Made by a program: the position numbers and the translations under genes | Shown: one piece after another, positions 63,037-64,000 of the stretch | How the letters are laid out: each line of letters starts with the position of its first letter | Position numbering within the stretch: the stretch's first letter is position 1 | The notes under the pieces: model-generated | The model's input: only the letters and a program-made list of their open reading frames with translations | Databases searched by the model: none | What the model was told of the DNA's origin: nothing | Source: an uncultured delta proteobacterium | Lineage (GTDB): Bacteria > Desulfobacterota > BSN033 > UBA1163 | Direction of reading: 5' to 3' | NCBI GenBank assembly: GCA_963708295.1 | Contig: CAVPSJ010000016.1 | Coordinates: forward strand, 32,001-96,000 | Length of the DNA: 64,000 nt

Positions 63037-63532
63037 CGGTCCTTCACCTCTCAGATTAGACGAGTAATGGGCCCCACTGCCCTGCAGCGGGGAGCTTGAC
63101 AGCTACGTCCGTAGCTTTTCCAGCACATCTCGGGCGTTAGTAGACTTGTCTCTAAACGGGGCATAACACGGGCAAATAGGTTTCTACTTTTTTCTGCTCA
63201 GTATGGAAAAGAGAATAGCATGGGGCCACTCTTCGTGCAATTACGAAATTTGCACTTCACCTCGATGGGGGTGTTGAAGAGTAAGGATTTGACCTTCTCA
63301 TTCGTACGTTCCGGCGAGGAAAAGCTTGGGGAGTAAGCACCACTTTGTCATTGACAAATCGTTTTAATTTGTTTTAATTGATTCAAGGTCAAGGCCAACG
63401 ATAAAATCTCAGAATGGCTTGGGCTAGAGTGCCGTTTGGGTTGATGGCTCCCAAGACAACTCCTCGATGGAGTTGTTCAGGGCGTGTCGTTAAAGTGCGA
63501 TTCTTGAAAGAAGATCAAAGGAGGATAAGAAA

Positions 63533-64000
63533 ATGACGAAATGCTTTTTCAGCTCATCAGAAAAGTGGTCTTGTGTCTTCTGGGTATGTTCGTCATGGTT
63601 GCTTTCAGCCGCCACTGCCTTTTCGCAGGATTATCCCACCAAAGCAATCACCGCAGTGGTGGGAATGGAGCCCGGAGGTATCGTGGACGTCGCCACCCGT
63701 GTCCTCGTGGATGACGCAAAAAAGGTGATCGGCCAGGATATCCTCGTGGAAAACAAACCCGGTGCGAGCCACATGGTTGCAGGAAGTTATGTCATTTCCT
63801 CCAAACCGGACGGATATACTCTCTGGAGTTCCACGGATGCACCCTTTGTCCGGATGCCCCACATGATGAAACTGAAATTCGATCCCATCGCGGAAACGAC
63901 TCCGATCATCTTTTACGGGGTCTTTACCCATTTCATCCTTGTCCCGGCAGAGAGCCCGTTCAAAACCCTCAAGGATCTGCTGACGTTTGCCAAGGAAAAC
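63533..64000 (+). CDS. Bug/TctC substrate-binding protein (3' end outside window)
   Basis: GGAGG RBS; QDYPTKAIT..PGGIVD...VENKPGAS...KPDGYTL. Confidence 0.85.
   Translation, partial: MTKCFFSSSEKWSCVFWVCSSWLLSAATAFSQDYPTKAITAVVGMEPGGIVDVATRVLVDDAKKVIGQDILVENKPGASHMVAGSYVISSKPDGYTLWSSTDAPFVRMPHMMKLKFDPIAETTPIIFYGVFTHFILVPAESPFKTLKDLLTFAKEN

Noticed and set aside
63066-63180. GTCAAGCTCCCCGC... hairpin (minus strand) resembling an IS200/IS605 or HEARO/omegaRNA end
   Set aside because: Only a short partial resemblance, with no iscB, tnpB or tnpA ORF adjacent; too weak to call.

Overview
A 64-kb window of a bacterial chromosome. Gene content and intergenic repeat families suggest an anaerobic deltaproteobacterium (Desulfobacterota-like); this is inference. 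From 1 to 27 kb it holds metabolic and envelope genes: two family III CoA-transferases, a divergent UPF0261/Tm-1-like pair, a sigma54-type CsgG-SH3/multi-zinc-ribbon operon, a sirtuin, an ALDH, a receiver-LpxC fusion, an acyl-CoA dehydrogenase, a TRAP transporter, and a rhodanese lipoprotein with an in-frame UGA plus SECIS-like hairpin (probable selenoprotein). The standout is a ~17.7-kb lipid/polyketide-type biosynthetic locus at 27.1-44.7 kb. A translationally coupled type II FAS/PKS operon (FabF plus a Cys-less KS partner, active and inactive FabZ-like proteins, two SDRs, an extended ACP, a nitroreductase) is joined to five radical SAM enzymes. Three of these carry the motif set of the archaeal tetraether synthase (Tes/GDGT-MAS). 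The locus also has a YvoF-like acetyltransferase, a cysteine desulfurase-rhodanese fusion, a GH3 ligase, an alpha/beta hydrolase and an ICMT-type methyltransferase. From 45 to 64 kb there are an AOR/MoaD/ADH module, other catabolic enzymes, TctC binding proteins, two NarX-type kinases (one fused to CheB/CheR) and an NCS2 permease. Many genes after ~25 kb are split by 1-bp frameshifts that look like sequencing or assembly indels. No rRNA, tRNA, CRISPR array or transposase was seen. All assignments come from motif recognition by eye; no searches were run.
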